This document shows, one piece after another, positions 27,926-37,740 of a stretch of 64,000 bases of DNA (position 1 is the first letter of the stretch; every line of letters starts with the position of its first letter). The stretch is taken from positions 3,467 to 67,466 of IMG/VR virus record IMGVR_UViG_2675903153_000001; one strand, given 5' to 3'. The notes beneath the pieces are model-generated. The model did not search any database and had not been told where the DNA came from. It saw only the letters and a program-made list of their open reading frames with translations. The translations under genes and the position numbers were made by a program. Source of the DNA: a virus. Its lineage: Duplodnaviria > Caudoviricetes.

Positions 27926-28318
27926 ATGACCGTCGGAATCAGCTCCGCGAACCTCGCTAACAAGTGGCTGGACATGTTGGCGGGCACGGCTTTCACTGCG
28001 CCGACGACCTGTGCAGTCAAGCTGCACACCGGCGACCCGGGTTCAGCCGGGACCACCAACGCATCGTCGGTCACCACCAGGCCGACCGTGTCGTGGTCTG
28101 CGGCGTCCGCCGGTTCCAAGTCGATGTCGAACACGCCGAGCTGGGCGAGCTGGGCCGGCACCAACGGGGAGGTTGTCTCGCACATCTCGGCGTGGGATGC
28201 AACCTCGGCGGGAAACTTCCTGTTCTCCGCCGCCCTGACGGCGTCGAAAACCGTGAACACCGGAGACACGCTGAATCTGACGAGTCTGACGTTCGCGTTC
28301 ACCCCGATCGCGGCGTGA
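27926..28318 (+). CDS. Fibre/decoration-like structural protein
   Basis: VKLHTGDPGSAGT...SHISAWDA.SAGNFLF..AL..SKTV.TGD pattern typical of phage fibre-associated proteins. Confidence 0.65.
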   Translation: MTVGISSANLANKWLDMLAGTAFTAPTTCAVKLHTGDPGSAGTTNASSVTTRPTVSWSAASAGSKSMSNTPSWASWAGTNGEVVSHISAWDATSAGNFLFSAALTASKTVNTGDTLNLTSLTFAFTPIAA

Positions 28319-28322
28319 TCCG

Positions 28323-28790
28323 ATGGCATCCGTTCGGTACTACATCGCGTGGAACGCCGTGTCCCTCTCGGCGGCCACGGCCAAGACGATTTTGGAACTC
28401 CCCTCGCCGGCAAACGGGTCGCCGCAGATCGAAGAACTCGTGATCGGGTGCGACGCGACCGCCGCGGGCAGCCTCAAAATCGAGTGGGGAACGTTCACCA
28501 CCACCGGCACCGGCACCGCTGCCACACCGCAGAAATGGGCCGGGGACCGTAACATCGACTCTGCGGTGTCGGCGGCGAAAGTCGCCGACACCGTCGAACC
28601 CACGGGATTTAGCCAAGGAACCCTCGGCGGCACCCTGTACCCGGCCGTGACGATTCCAACGCCCATGTATTTCCCGTTTCAGTGGCCGCTCGACCAGGAA
28701 TTCGCGATCCCCGAATCGACGAACTTTGCTATCCGACTCACGTCCTCCGGCGCCGCGAACACGGTGGGCTGGATTCGGTGGCGCGAGTAG
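28323..28790 (+). CDS. Hypothetical beta-rich structural protein
   Basis: In structural operon; AATAKTILEL. Confidence 0.55.
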   Translation: MASVRYYIAWNAVSLSAATAKTILELPSPANGSPQIEELVIGCDATAAGSLKIEWGTFTTTGTGTAATPQKWAGDRNIDSAVSAAKVADTVEPTGFSQGTLGGTLYPAVTIPTPMYFPFQWPLDQEFAIPESTNFAIRLTSSGAANTVGWIRWRE

Positions 28791-28799
28791 GGGTGACCC

Positions 28800-29765
28800 A
28801 TGGCGAGGTTCGGCCGTACCTTCCCGATCCCGCGGCGCCCGTTCTACCTTCTCGCCAGTAGTGCCAAGACCGCCGATGCGGTTGTCGCCGAAGCCGCCGC
28901 TATCACGGCCGATACGACGACCACCAAGCCGGTGGACGCAGCGGTCACCGAGACCGCCACCGTCACCGCCGCCGCGACGTGCACCAAGGCCGTCGCGGCG
29001 TCGGCCACCACCACGGCCACGATCACCGCCGACACCGCCGTGACCAAGCCGGTCACCAGCTCGGCCACCACGACGGCCACCATCACAGCCGACACGGCCG
29101 TGACGAAGCCGGTGACCACCTCGGTCACCGCGACGGCCACCGTCACCGCAGACACGACCACCGCCAAGCCCGCGGCGGCCTCGGTCACGACGACCGTCAC
29201 GATCACCGCGTCCGCGACGGTGACCAAGCCGACCGACGCCGCGGTCACGACCACCGCGACCATCACGGCGGACGCCACGATCGGCGCCGCGCCCAAGACC
29301 ATCGACGCGGCCGTCACCGAGACGGCCACCGTCACCGCGGACGGGCAGGCCACCAAGCCCGTCGACGCGTTCACCACCGCCACGGCCGGGATCACCGCAG
29401 CTGCTCAAGGCACCCGGCCGGCCGTCGCCACCCTCACCACGACCGCCGCTCTTTCTGGCACCGCGGCGACGACCAAGCCCGAAGACGCGTCGGTCACCAC
29501 GACGGCGACGATCACGGCAACGGCCACGGTGATCAAGGGCGTCACCGCCGCAGCCACCATCAGCGCGACCGTGACGACGACCGCCGCGATCCCGACGGCG
29601 ACCGGCGGGTTCGTCTGCCAGGACTTCACCACCGTCGTCACCGTCGACGCGCTCACCGGCGCAGCGACCATCGACGCCTACGCGACGACCGCATTCATCA
29701 CCCTCACCGACGCCACCGCCACCGTCGTGACCGACGACGCCACCGCCACGATCTGCGGGAGGTGA
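28800..29765 (+). CDS. Thr/Ala/Val-rich repeat protein (12 repeats of 20 aa)
   Basis: Consensus KPVxAxVTTTATITADxTxT at residues 23-265. Confidence 0.8.
   Translation: MARFGRTFPIPRRPFYLLASSAKTADAVVAEAAAITADTTTTKPVDAAVTETATVTAAATCTKAVAASATTTATITADTAVTKPVTSSATTTATITADTAVTKPVTTSVTATATVTADTTTAKPAAASVTTTVTITASATVTKPTDAAVTTTATITADATIGAAPKTIDAAVTETATVTADGQATKPVDAFTTATAGITAAAQGTRPAVATLTTTAALSGTAATTKPEDASVTTTATITATATVIKGVTAAATISATVTTTAAIPTATGGFVCQDFTTVVTVDALTGAATIDAYATTAFITLTDATATVVTDDATATICGR
28866..29594 (+). repeat. Degenerate 60-nt coding tandem repeat, 12 copies
   Basis: Eleven 20-aa units and one 23-aa unit, each starting K/R. Confidence 0.85.
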
Positions 29766-29768
29766 TCC

Positions 29769-30116
29769 GTGGCCACCCAACAGGCGATCACGCTCAATGA
29801 GTCGAACGACGAAAACGTCAAACTCATCATCACCACCAACGTCCCAACCGCCGGGACCGCGCTCGACCTCACCGGGATGTCCCTAGAGGCGTTCGTCAAA
29901 CCCACCCGCGCCACCGCCGATTCGGACGGCGCCGTGTGGAAGGGCACCACCACCGGCGGGCAGGTCGTCATCACCGACGCGGCCAACGGCAAGGCGACAG
30001 TGTCGATCCCGGGGTCCGCCCTCACCACGACGCAAACGTGGTGGCGCGTCGATGTCCTATCCGGCGGCCTGCGCAAGACCGCCATATACGGCGCCCTCAC
30101 CGTTACCGACCTCTAG
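29769..30116 (+). CDS. BppU-N-like Ig-fold virion protein
   Basis: ALDLTG...VVITDAANGKATVSI...GALTV. Confidence 0.6.
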   Translation: MATQQAITLNESNDENVKLIITTNVPTAGTALDLTGMSLEAFVKPTRATADSDGAVWKGTTTGGQVVITDAANGKATVSIPGSALTTTQTWWRVDVLSGGLRKTAIYGALTVTDL

Positions 30117-30193
30117 GGCCCCGCCCCGAACGCCACCCCGCCGGCCGTCCTCGAGCCCGCCGGCGCCAAGCCCACCACCACCAAGGAGGGCCG

Positions 30194-31015
30194 ATGGCGA
30201 TCGACGTTGGCGACCTCTACCGCTGTTCGTTCACCCTCACGTCCCCGGCGGGCGGCAACGTCAACGCCGGGACGATGACGTTGACGATCACCCTTCCTGA
30301 CCAGACCACAACGGTCGTGGGCCCGGTGGCGCCCACCACCACCGGCGTCTACGTCTACGACTACCAAACCGTCCAGGCAGGACGGCACACAGCGCATTGG
30401 GTCGGCACCGGCGCGAACCCCGGCGCCTACGTCGAGGTCTTCGACGTACGGCCCGCAGACGCCCCCTACCTGGTCAGCCTCGCCGACATCAAGGCCCAGA
30501 CGAATATCAGCAACACCGTCTCGGACGAAGAGCTGCGGACATACCTCGAAGCCGCAACCGGCGTCATCGAACGCCACCTCGGCCAAGCGGTGGTGCGACG
30601 GTCACGGACCGAGGAACACCTCATCCCCTCCGGCGGCGGCCTGGTCCTCAACTGGACACCCGTCGTCTCGGTGACCTCTCTCGCCACGGTCGACGGCTCA
30701 TACACCTGGAATCCGGCGACCCTGTACGCGACGCCGGCCGGCTTGGTCACGTGCCCGCTCGGGACTGCCCCGTACGGCCATGTCGCCGTGACCTACGTGG
30801 CCGGCACGTCCCTGGTGCCCGAGGAATACGGGCTGGCCGCCCGGATCATCGTGCAGCACCTCTGGGAAACCCAACGTGGCGCCGCCGGCGCCCCGCGGGC
30901 TGGCGGGCTCGGCGACACGCTCGGCATCAGCCGGTCGGCCGGGTCCGGACTCGGCTACGCCATCCCCAACCGCGCCCTCGAACTGCTCGGCACCGGACTG
31001 CCGGGGGTCGCATGA
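30194..31015 (+). CDS. Head-tail adaptor (gp6-like) with N-terminal Ig-like domain
   Basis: LVSLADIKAQTNI...DEELRTYLEAATGVIERH; VTYVAG; AARIIVQHLWETQRG. Confidence 0.8.
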   Translation: MAIDVGDLYRCSFTLTSPAGGNVNAGTMTLTITLPDQTTTVVGPVAPTTTGVYVYDYQTVQAGRHTAHWVGTGANPGAYVEVFDVRPADAPYLVSLADIKAQTNISNTVSDEELRTYLEAATGVIERHLGQAVVRRSRTEEHLIPSGGGLVLNWTPVVSVTSLATVDGSYTWNPATLYATPAGLVTCPLGTAPYGHVAVTYVAGTSLVPEEYGLAARIIVQHLWETQRGAAGAPRAGGLGDTLGISRSAGSGLGYAIPNRALELLGTGLPGVA

Positions 31016-31470
31016 GCGAATCCCGGCTCCCTGCGGCCATCGACGCCATCGTTGCCGCACTCACTGCCGCCGGCCTCACCGTCTGGGACGGCCCGGTCAT
31101 CAGCGGCGACTACTCGGTGGCCTGCGTCTACATCGGATACGACGGCGACCCGTCGTACGAAGAAGAACGCGCATCGTCCACACAGCAGACGTGGGCCGGC
31201 CTCGGCGCCAAGCGGAGAGACGAGACCAACGAAATCGTCTGCGCTGCCGTGACCATCACCGGCAATGACGCCCGGTCATGGAAAGAAGCACGGGACTCCG
31301 TCTATGCCCTCGTTGAAACCGTCGGGCAAACCCTGCGGGCCGATCCGTCCCTAGGGCTCTCAACGCCGTCCGTCGCCGAGTTGTGGCCCGGTGACTATTT
31401 CCAGGAAGCGGGACCGGCCGGATACCAAGCCCGGGTCGTTTTCTCCATCAATCACAAGACCCGCGTGTAA
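31012..31470 (+). CDS. Tail terminator-like protein
   Basis: LPAAIDAIVAAL, VWDGP, LRADPSLG; before tail tube. Confidence 0.65.
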   Translation: MSESRLPAAIDAIVAALTAAGLTVWDGPVISGDYSVACVYIGYDGDPSYEEERASSTQQTWAGLGAKRRDETNEIVCAAVTITGNDARSWKEARDSVYALVETVGQTLRADPSLGLSTPSVAELWPGDYFQEAGPAGYQARVVFSINHKTRV

Positions 31471-31482
31471 AGGGAGACATTC

Positions 31483-31776
31483 ATGCCCAGGTTCCGCCTG
31501 CGGTCGAACCATGCCGCCGTCGACCTGTACCAGCCGTCCGGCGGGCCCGACAGCTTCGAAATCGAGCCCGGACAGGAAATCGAAGTTCCCGGCGAACTCG
31601 TCACCGAACGACCGGCCCCGAAAAAGGGAGAGCCGGAACCCGCGCCCCTTCCCGACGACGCATTCATCGTCGCGAACGGGGGCGAAGAGCAGGCATGGCC
31701 GCACGCCGTGTGGGAGCTCGCCGACAAGCCCGCCGCCGCGTCGGCACCCGCGGCCTCGCCGGTGAAGGAGAAGTGA
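31483..31776 (+). CDS. Hypothetical tail-region protein
   Basis: GGAG RBS; before tail tube. Confidence 0.55.
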   Translation: MPRFRLRSNHAAVDLYQPSGGPDSFEIEPGQEIEVPGELVTERPAPKKGEPEPAPLPDDAFIVANGGEEQAWPHAVWELADKPAAASAPAASPVKEK

Positions 31777-31777
31777 C

Positions 31778-32806
31778 GTGACCACGGGAAGCGGCCTCGA
31801 CGCTCAGATCGGGTTCGGCCAGGAAAGTGTGTGGGGGACGCCCGTCACCCCGACGCGGTTCGTCGAATTCGATTCGGAGAGCATGAAGTTCGATCCGACC
31901 TGGCTCGAACCGAACGCACTCCACAAGGGACTGAAGTACAAGCGACTCAGCCGCGCGACGATCTCGCGCAGCTCCGTGTCCGGCGATGTCACGATGGACG
32001 TCAACACGCTCGGCATGGGGATGTTGGTCCGGAACATGCTGGGCTCTACCACAACGACGACGACTCTGGTGTCCGGATCGGCGTACAAGCAAATCCATGT
32101 GCCCGGAGACTTCCGCGGCCTCGGCCTAACCGTCCAGGTTGGACGGCCCGAGCCGTCGACCGGAACCGTGCGTCCGTTCACTTACGAAGGGTGCAAGGTC
32201 GTCAAATGGGAGTTTTCGTTGAAGGACAACGACACTCCCAGCCTCAAGCTGACCTTTGACGGCCAGGCTGAATCGACGGCGACGGCGCTGACGGCGGCGT
32301 CGTACCTCAGTGGGTCCAGCACCTACAACTTTTCGCAAGCCACGCTAAAGCTGGGCGGCACGCCTGCCACGGCAAGCGGCGAGACGACCATCACGTCCGG
32401 CGTCACGGTCGCGACGATCATCAAGGAAATCACGATCTCTGGCACGGTCCCGATGGCAACCGACCGGTACGGAGTCGGCAACAGCGGCCAAAAGGCTGAG
32501 CCTCTCGAAAACGGGATTCCCATGATCACAGGGAAGCTCTCGGCCGAGTTCAATAAGACCGAGCTGTACGACCTGTACACCGCCGCTTCGGGGACCGCGC
32601 TACAGCTCGACTTGACTGGTGCCGCAATCGGAAGCGCGAACTACCTGTTCAGCTTCATTATCCCGGCGATCAAGCTCAAGACCGCCGCGCCGACGGTGGG
32701 TGGTCCGGACATCGTGCCCATGAGCACCGACTTCGAGGGCTACAGCAACGAAGTCGATCCGGTCATTCAGTGCAAGATCGTCTCCACCGAGTCGACGACG
32801 GTGTAG
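31778..32806 (+). CDS. Major tail (tube) protein
   Basis: GSGLDAQIGFGQESVWGTPVTPTRF; Thr-rich, 342 aa. Confidence 0.85.
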   Translation: MTTGSGLDAQIGFGQESVWGTPVTPTRFVEFDSESMKFDPTWLEPNALHKGLKYKRLSRATISRSSVSGDVTMDVNTLGMGMLVRNMLGSTTTTTTLVSGSAYKQIHVPGDFRGLGLTVQVGRPEPSTGTVRPFTYEGCKVVKWEFSLKDNDTPSLKLTFDGQAESTATALTAASYLSGSSTYNFSQATLKLGGTPATASGETTITSGVTVATIIKEITISGTVPMATDRYGVGNSGQKAEPLENGIPMITGKLSAEFNKTELYDLYTAASGTALQLDLTGAAIGSANYLFSFIIPAIKLKTAAPTVGGPDIVPMSTDFEGYSNEVDPVIQCKIVSTESTTV

Positions 32807-32809
32807 CCG

Positions 32810-33367
32810 ATGGCGACCGAGGCGGAGTTAATCCTGAACGCCGAGGCGCGCCGAGACTACCGCGAATTGGCCGCGAAACTCCGCAAGCGCAAGGAACACC
32901 GGAAGACGTTGCGCAAGAAGATCGCCGATGCCGGCCGTCCGATCCTCGCCGAGGTGAGGACGGCCGTCCAGGAACTCCGTGTCACCGGCCGGTCCGGCGG
33001 CGGAGCGAAGCAACGGCGGCTTCACAACGTGGCCCGCGCCAGAACGGAACGCGCCGCGCAAGCGGCCGCGCGTCGACATGCCGGGCTAAGGCGGACCGTC
33101 GCATCGGCAACCAACCTCAAGGTGACCGCCAAGGGCGTCAAGTTCGTCGTGGACGAGAACCGTTTGCCGGCCAATCAACGGGGCTTGCCCCGCGCGCTGG
33201 ACCTGCGTAAGGGGTGGGACCACCCGGTCTTTGGCCGTGCGGATATTCCCAAGGCGCACCAGAAGGGCGGACCGTGGTTCGCGTCGACAATCGCCAAGCA
33301 CGAGCAGGCGTTCCGGCACGCAATCGTTGAGGCAATGGACGAGATCAAACGAGATATCGAAGAGTAA
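32810..33367 (+). CDS. Basic tail-completion-like protein (HK97 gp10-like)
   Basis: GWDHPVFG, PWF; highly basic. Confidence 0.55.
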   Translation: MATEAELILNAEARRDYRELAAKLRKRKEHRKTLRKKIADAGRPILAEVRTAVQELRVTGRSGGGAKQRRLHNVARARTERAAQAAARRHAGLRRTVASATNLKVTAKGVKFVVDENRLPANQRGLPRALDLRKGWDHPVFGRADIPKAHQKGGPWFASTIAKHEQAFRHAIVEAMDEIKRDIEE

Positions 33368-33382
33368 GAGGGACGAGAGCCT

Positions 33383-33691
33383 ATGCGCTGCCGCATCGGT
33401 GACAACGAATACGACTTCGACTTCCGGATGACGGTCGCCGAGGCGATCTTTCTGCAAGAGAAAGCTTTTTGCACGGTCCTGGAATTCGGGCCCGCCCTGC
33501 AAAAGGCGGACGCCCGCGCCCTCGCGGTACTGATGTACATGCTGAAGAAGCGAAACAAAGAGGTCGTCAAGTGGGACGACATCCTCAAGATGGACGTGTT
33601 CAGCCTCCAAATGCTGCCTGACCCGGAGCAGGCCGACGCCGGTGATGACGTCGAGGACGAGGTGGCGGAATCAGCGGGGGACCCTACCTAG
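33383..33691 (+). CDS. Tail assembly chaperone (gpG-like)
   Basis: Between tube and tape measure; ends just after GCG GGG GAC slippery run. Confidence 0.8.
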   Translation: MRCRIGDNEYDFDFRMTVAEAIFLQEKAFCTVLEFGPALQKADARALAVLMYMLKKRNKEVVKWDDILKMDVFSLQMLPDPEQADAGDDVEDEVAESAGDPT

Positions 33692-33843
33692 CCAACTGGA
33701 AGGACCCGCAACTCCGGTACCTCACCTGGCGGCGGTTGCTGTCATTCCACTTCTCGTGGACGCCGGAGGAAATCCTACAGTTGACCCTTTTCGACTTCGA
33801 TGACTACGTGGTGTTCGTCGAGGCAGCCAATAAAGGGGGGTAG
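33676..33843 (+). CDS. -1 frameshift extension of chaperone (gpGT-like)
   Basis: -1 frame from GGGGGA is open: GPYLANWKDPQLRYLTWRRLLSFHFSWTPEEILQLTLFDFDDYVVFVEAANKGG; stops 3 nt before TMP. Confidence 0.75.
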   Translation, partial: GGPYLANWKDPQLRYLTWRRLLSFHFSWTPEEILQLTLFDFDDYVVFVEAANKGG

Positions 33844-33846
33844 CCG

Positions 33847-36800
33847 ATGGCCACCCTTCAGTACAACATCATTGCCCTCGACCAGTTCACGGCGACATTC
33901 GAGCGAGCCGCTGCGGAAATCGAGCGCATCAGTGGACGCCTCGAACGGCTCAATGGGCAGTCCGCGCGGGTGGCCGTCGACGTCAAGACCGACGACAGCC
34001 AGAAGGCACTCGACAGCTTTACCACCCGCTTCCAGCTCATGGCGGCGGGAATCATCGCCGCCTCTCCGGCGGTCGGAGCTGCCATTCTCGGCGGCGCCGG
34101 CGCCGGTTTCATCGGGCTCGCCGCCCTCGCGGTCCAGTCGAACGACCAGGTTAAGCAGACCTATCAAAATCTGTGGTCCAACGTCGTCAACGAAACCAAG
34201 GCGGGCGCCGCACAGCTGGCGCCGCAGATCGTCGCGGCCGGGAACCAGATGGGGGCGGCGGCCGACCGCCTCGGCCCGCAGCTCCGCCAGGCATTTTCGG
34301 CCGCTGGGCCGGACATCACGGCGTTGTCCCGCGGCGTAACGACCTTCGCCACCAACGCCATGCCCGGCGCGGTGTCCGCGACGCAGGCATCGCTACCGAT
34401 CTTCGAGGCTGCGGCGAACGTGATGGGTGTCCTCGGGACTTCCTTCTCTACCAACGTCCAGTCGATCGGTCAGCACTCTTCGGACTACGCCCGGTTCGTC
34501 ACCTCGATCGGCAACGTCACGTCCTCGGTGCTCGGCGTGATCGTTTCGGTGGTCAACGACATCGCGTCCGCCTGGGCCGGCAACGCGGACGAAATCGACG
34601 CAGCGATCGCCGGCGTCGCCGACGTCATCACCGGCCTCGCCCAAGGCGTCCTGCCGGTGTTCGCGGCGGCGCTCGGCGCGGCAGCATCCGCAGTCCGTGA
34701 GATCACGGCCGTACTGGGGCCGATGGCCCCGGTCCTGGGCACGCTCGCCGCGCTTGCGCTGGCTGCGTGGGCGGCGTTCAAGGGCGCATCGCTGGTGACA
34801 GCGGGTGTCAAGGCATTGTCCAGCACGGTCCTTGACGTCGGCACGGCCATGGAGAAGGCGGCGACCCGATCGGCCGCGACCGTAGCCGCGATGCAAGGCG
34901 TGTCGGTCGGGTCGTCGGCGGCGGCCGGCGCGATTACCACTGCCGGGGCGGCGGCGAGCAGTGGCGCCCTCCGCTTCGGCGTCATGGCTTCCGAACTCGC
35001 CGGGCCAGTGGGCATCGCCCTGATCGCCGGTGTCGGCCTGTTCGCTCTGCTCAAGTCGCAAGTGGATTCCACCTCGGGTGCGACCGACGCACTGAAGGGC
35101 AATCTCGACGGCGTCACTTCGGCTCTGGAGTCGACCGACGGCGCGATCAGCAATTCCGTCATCAAGGCCCTGCAGAACGAACAAGGCTTCAAGGACGCCG
35201 CGGCCGCGACCGATGCGTTCGCCATCAAGCAATCCGACCTCGCCACCGCAGTAACGCAAGGCGGCGTGAAGCTCGACTCCCTCAAGGCCAAGCTTCAAGC
35301 GATCATCGACGCTCACAAGCAATACGCCACCGATGAGGTCACCGGTGAGCTGAACTTCACCGGCTACGACGACGAAGGCGCCGCCGCCGCCAAGGCGCTA
35401 GATGCCGTGAACCTCCTGACCAAGGGGTTCAAGGGTTCCCAGGACGCAGCGGCGGAGAATCAGCGGGCGATCGAGCAACACGCCTCGGCGATGACAAGCA
35501 CGCCCGAGGGGTTCGCGGCCGCCGGCAGTGCGGCGATGCTGTTCGGCGGAAGCCTCGGCACTGTCCGGGCGGGACTCGACAACGTCGCAAAGTCCAGCGG
35601 CGATGCGAGCATCAGCCTCGACGACGTCGTTCAGAAGTACGAACAAGGCGCGCTCGCGATCGCGAATGCGACGGCCTCAATCCAGCAGGGATTCGCCCAG
35701 GCGGACAAGGCCGTCGCGCAGGCACAGAATGCCGTGTCCGACGCGGCGCACTCGGCGTCGAACGCGAGCCGCGCCATCGGAGATGCCCGGCATTCCGAGG
35801 CGCAAGCGGCGCAAGCGGTGGTCCAGGCCGAACAGGCGGTCGCCGACGCCCAGCGCGGCGTCATGACCGCCCAACAGAACTACGTCAAGGCCCAGGACCA
35901 AGAACGGCAGGCGCAGCGGGCACTGTCCGAGGCACGCCAACAGGCGGTCAAGGACCTCAAGGCGCTCCACGACCAACTCGAGGACGCGTTCACGTCCGAG
36001 GCGCAAGCGCGCGTCCGACTGTTCGATGCCCAGCAAGCGGCCGCCGGATTCGGCATCACCGGAGGCAACGCCAAGGGCATAGCGAGCCAAACAGTCACGG
36101 CCGAGAACGAAGACAAGGTCAAGGCGGCGATTGACCTGCTCAGCGCACAAAACGCGCTGAACCAGGCCCAGAGCAATAATGTCGATCTCCGCGACAAGGT
36201 CGCGAAGGCCGACGCCGCTGGGGTCAACGGCGCTCAGAATGTCGTCGCGGCACAGCAAGCCGTCGTCGCCGCGCAACAGCAGGTCAGCGACTCGGCATAC
36301 GGCGTCGACCAGGCCAAGCGATCACTGACGCGAGCTCAACAGGGTGTTGCCGATGCGGCGTACGGCGAACAGCGTGCACACCAGGCGGTCCGAGACGCCC
36401 AGTACCAGGCCAGCAGGGCGGCCGACCAGCTTCGGCAGGCAAAGGAGGCTCTGACCGAGGCTGAAAAGGCGGCTTCACGGTCGCTGGACGTCAGCACCGA
36501 GGCAGGGCGCCGAAATCTGGGTGAGCTGTTCAACCTCGCGAACGCGATCAAGACCGAGTTCGGTCCCACCTCGGCGGGGTACAACACCTTGATCCAGAAG
36601 ACCGCGGACGCGTTCGGCATCACGACCGACAAGGCCGCGGATCTTCTCAAGGGCCTGCACCAGATTCCGCAGGACTGGCGATTCGACGTCACTGCGGTGG
36701 CCAATGTGGACACCGCGTCGCTTCAGCAGGTGTTCAAGGGAACCGACGCCGGCGGCTACTACAACGACTCGAAGAACGTCAAGAAGACGATCGGCGGGAC

Positions 36801-37740
36801 AGGATACGCCGAGGGCGGCCACATCCGCGGCCCCGGCGGACCGACGGGCGATGCGATCCCGGCGTGGTTGTCGGACAACGAGTACATCCAGCCGGCCGAC
36901 GTCGTCGACTACTACGGCATCGGGTTCATGGACGACGTCCGCCGCAAGCGTCTCCCGCGGTTCGCGCGTGGCGGCGCGGTCCGGTGGAACGCGTTCGGCG
37001 CCGGCGCAGGCGCGGCGTACATCTCCACCGTCGACGCCCTCACCGCGATGGGCCTTCCGCACCCTGCCCAGCTCCCGCAGTGGACGCCGCCGGTCGTGCC
37101 GATCCCGACGTTCGGAGGCGTGCCCGGTAACCGAGCGGGCAACGTGGAGATCGTCCGGCAGGTCTTCGCGTCGATGTTCGGATGGACCGGGGCGGAATGG
37201 GACGCGGCGGTGGCGCTGATCATGAGCGAGTCCGGGTTCAACAACACCATCAAGAACCCGACGAGCACGGCCTACGGAATTTTCCAATTCTTGGACAGCA
37301 CGTGGGGCGGGTACGGCATTCCCAAGACGTCGGACCCGACCTTGCAGGCGATCGCCGGCGGCCGGTACATCCGGGCTCGCTATACCGACCCGATCAACGC
37401 GTGGGCGTTCAAGCGCTCGCACAATTGGTATTCGCAGGGTGGCCCGGTCCATGACGTCGGAACGATGCTCTACGGCCGGCCGAAGGTCCTCGACACCGGC
37501 GGCACCGTCGACCCGGGCTTGAACCTCATTTACAACGGCACTGGCCGGGGCGAGACCGTCCGCACCGGTGCGACCGAGGACAAGTTGTTGGCCGCTGTCA
37601 CGCAGATCGCGGCAGCACAGAGCACGACCGGAACGTTCGTCGGGGCTCTCTACCTGGAGTCCGGCGAATTCCTCGGGAAGGTACGCGGCGAAGTCGCGCA
37701 GGAATTCCGGCGTATGGAGCTCGCAAGCGGGGTGCTATGA
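33847..37740 (+). CDS. Tape measure protein with C-terminal lytic transglycosylase-like domain
   Basis: 1297 aa Ala-rich helical; GYAEGG...AWLSDNEY; ALIMSESGFN...NPTSTAYGIFQFL. Confidence 0.92.
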   Translation: MATLQYNIIALDQFTATFERAAAEIERISGRLERLNGQSARVAVDVKTDDSQKALDSFTTRFQLMAAGIIAASPAVGAAILGGAGAGFIGLAALAVQSNDQVKQTYQNLWSNVVNETKAGAAQLAPQIVAAGNQMGAAADRLGPQLRQAFSAAGPDITALSRGVTTFATNAMPGAVSATQASLPIFEAAANVMGVLGTSFSTNVQSIGQHSSDYARFVTSIGNVTSSVLGVIVSVVNDIASAWAGNADEIDAAIAGVADVITGLAQGVLPVFAAALGAAASAVREITAVLGPMAPVLGTLAALALAAWAAFKGASLVTAGVKALSSTVLDVGTAMEKAATRSAATVAAMQGVSVGSSAAAGAITTAGAAASSGALRFGVMASELAGPVGIALIAGVGLFALLKSQVDSTSGATDALKGNLDGVTSALESTDGAISNSVIKALQNEQGFKDAAAATDAFAIKQSDLATAVTQGGVKLDSLKAKLQAIIDAHKQYATDEVTGELNFTGYDDEGAAAAKALDAVNLLTKGFKGSQDAAAENQRAIEQHASAMTSTPEGFAAAGSAAMLFGGSLGTVRAGLDNVAKSSGDASISLDDVVQKYEQGALAIANATASIQQGFAQADKAVAQAQNAVSDAAHSASNASRAIGDARHSEAQAAQAVVQAEQAVADAQRGVMTAQQNYVKAQDQERQAQRALSEARQQAVKDLKALHDQLEDAFTSEAQARVRLFDAQQAAAGFGITGGNAKGIASQTVTAENEDKVKAAIDLLSAQNALNQAQSNNVDLRDKVAKADAAGVNGAQNVVAAQQAVVAAQQQVSDSAYGVDQAKRSLTRAQQGVADAAYGEQRAHQAVRDAQYQASRAADQLRQAKEALTEAEKAASRSLDVSTEAGRRNLGELFNLANAIKTEFGPTSAGYNTLIQKTADAFGITTDKAADLLKGLHQIPQDWRFDVTAVANVDTASLQQVFKGTDAGGYYNDSKNVKKTIGGTGYAEGGHIRGPGGPTGDAIPAWLSDNEYIQPADVVDYYGIGFMDDVRRKRLPRFARGGAVRWNAFGAGAGAAYISTVDALTAMGLPHPAQLPQWTPPVVPIPTFGGVPGNRAGNVEIVRQVFASMFGWTGAEWDAAVALIMSESGFNNTIKNPTSTAYGIFQFLDSTWGGYGIPKTSDPTLQAIAGGRYIRARYTDPINAWAFKRSHNWYSQGGPVHDVGTMLYGRPKVLDTGGTVDPGLNLIYNGTGRGETVRTGATEDKLLAAVTQIAAAQSTTGTFVGALYLESGEFLGKVRGEVAQEFRRMELASGVL

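Noticed and set aside
28299-29800. Long Gly/Arg-rich (minus) and His-rich (plus) ORFs over the repeat gene
   Set aside because: By-products of ACC/GCC-rich codon repeats in the Thr/Ala frame
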